A program made the position numbers and the translations under genes. DNA of 64,000 bases from Anthoceros angustus (Eukaryota > Plantae > Anthocerotophyta), in assembly GCA_010909165.1 (NCBI GenBank), contig VJWM01000249.1, forward strand, positions 62,001 through 126,000, given 5' to 3'. Below are positions 63,201 to 64,000 of the stretch, one piece after another. Position 1 is the stretch's first letter; each line of letters begins with the position of its first letter. The notes below the pieces were generated by a model. It was not told the DNA's origin. It saw only the letters and a program-made list of their open reading frames with translations, and did no database searches.

Positions 63201-63960
63201 TCTCTGGAATCTGTTGCTCCGGACTACCTGCTTCTTCCACCATTCTTTGATGTCTTTGCTCACCCTTCTCATCGATGCCTCTCCTATTATCAAGCATCAC
63301 CTCGCTTATCTTCCCACAGATAGCCCTTATAAGGGCCATTCCTACCAACGGTGGCTGGGAGAAAAAAACAAACGAGATGAATTTCAGTCATCAAAGTCTG
63401 AAGGTTTTGAAGTCACACTCTCGTTTTAGGAAACTTACTGTGTGCTGGCGCATGCATTCGCGGAACTCTTCCACTATTGCTCGAGGTGCACATTTCTTGG
63501 CGTTGAATCCTTGGAGGCTGAGAACATAAGACCTGTACACCTCGGGGTCCTGGATGACGGCATCAAACTCGTATGGCCTGGTGGTGCACAATAGCATAAA
63601 CTCCGTCTCCCCCTCGTTGATGTCCATGGTTGCCCAGATTACCCAACCAGCCCTTGCTCTTTGATTTGGCAAAGCCCGGTATTATCCGTAGTTTTAGCAA
63701 GGGGACCATGTGCTTCATCCTCCGCGGATCACGGCGAGCATCCAATGCTTTTGCACAATGGCAATAGGGTCAATCTGGCCACCCAGTCTGCGGATGTGCG
63801 CGCCTGGGGATTCAGCTATCACGGAGCTCGAGGTTGGGGGAGGCGAGCGCGGGCATTCCTCGTGTGCATCAATCGTGGTCATGAGGGAGGTTCGTTCGAC
63901 TTTAATGTGAGCCAATTATGCTTCCTTCCAATTTCGTGATGTCGTGATCCAGGTTCATTC
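60245..63960 (-). pseudogene. Frameshifted gene encoding a ParB/Srx-like domain plus a beta-class N6A/N4C DNA methyltransferase
   Basis: LENLRP..QIRRVDEAW..VLGGNHTYAT (ParB-like), then LVMDAPRG, FVWDKTN..ETVEYVIVGW, CPYQRPLGLMMKLIRTFS / GDWILDVCSGSGTTLLTALLCGWNCIAIE, across several frames. The 5' boundary is uncertain. Confidence 0.78.
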
Positions 63961-64000
63961 TTGAAGATGGCGGCGGGCGAGCAAGAAGGACTGGCAGGTA

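Overview
Eukaryotic nuclear DNA from a land plant. Short GT-AG introns, ~50% GC and dense gene packing suggest a seed-free plant, possibly a hornwort (inference). The conserved core (1-49.4 kb) holds an EF-hand Na+/Ca2+ exchanger (NCL, 3' end off-window), tRNA-Thr(AGT), an intronless class II fumarase, a WEB-family coiled-coil gene, a POWERDRESS-like SANT gene, an HD-domain nucleotidase, a TBL acetyltransferase, an S6PDH-like aldo-keto reductase, LDL3 and MRS2, interspersed with copia/gypsy remnants and tandem repeats. Three things stand out. (1) The right-hand accessory block (~52.5-64 kb) carries a heavily frameshifted gene joining a ParB/Srx-like domain to a prokaryote-type beta-class amino-DNA methyltransferase. 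(2) A 185-bp TSD-flanked element with a 5S rRNA-derived Pol III promoter looks like a SINE3-type retroposon. (3) An orphan chimeric gene contains an inverted copy of part of the WEB gene 14 kb away. Many single-base indels in repetitive stretches may be uncorrected long-read errors, so pseudogene calls there are provisional. All alignments and exon calls were made by eye.
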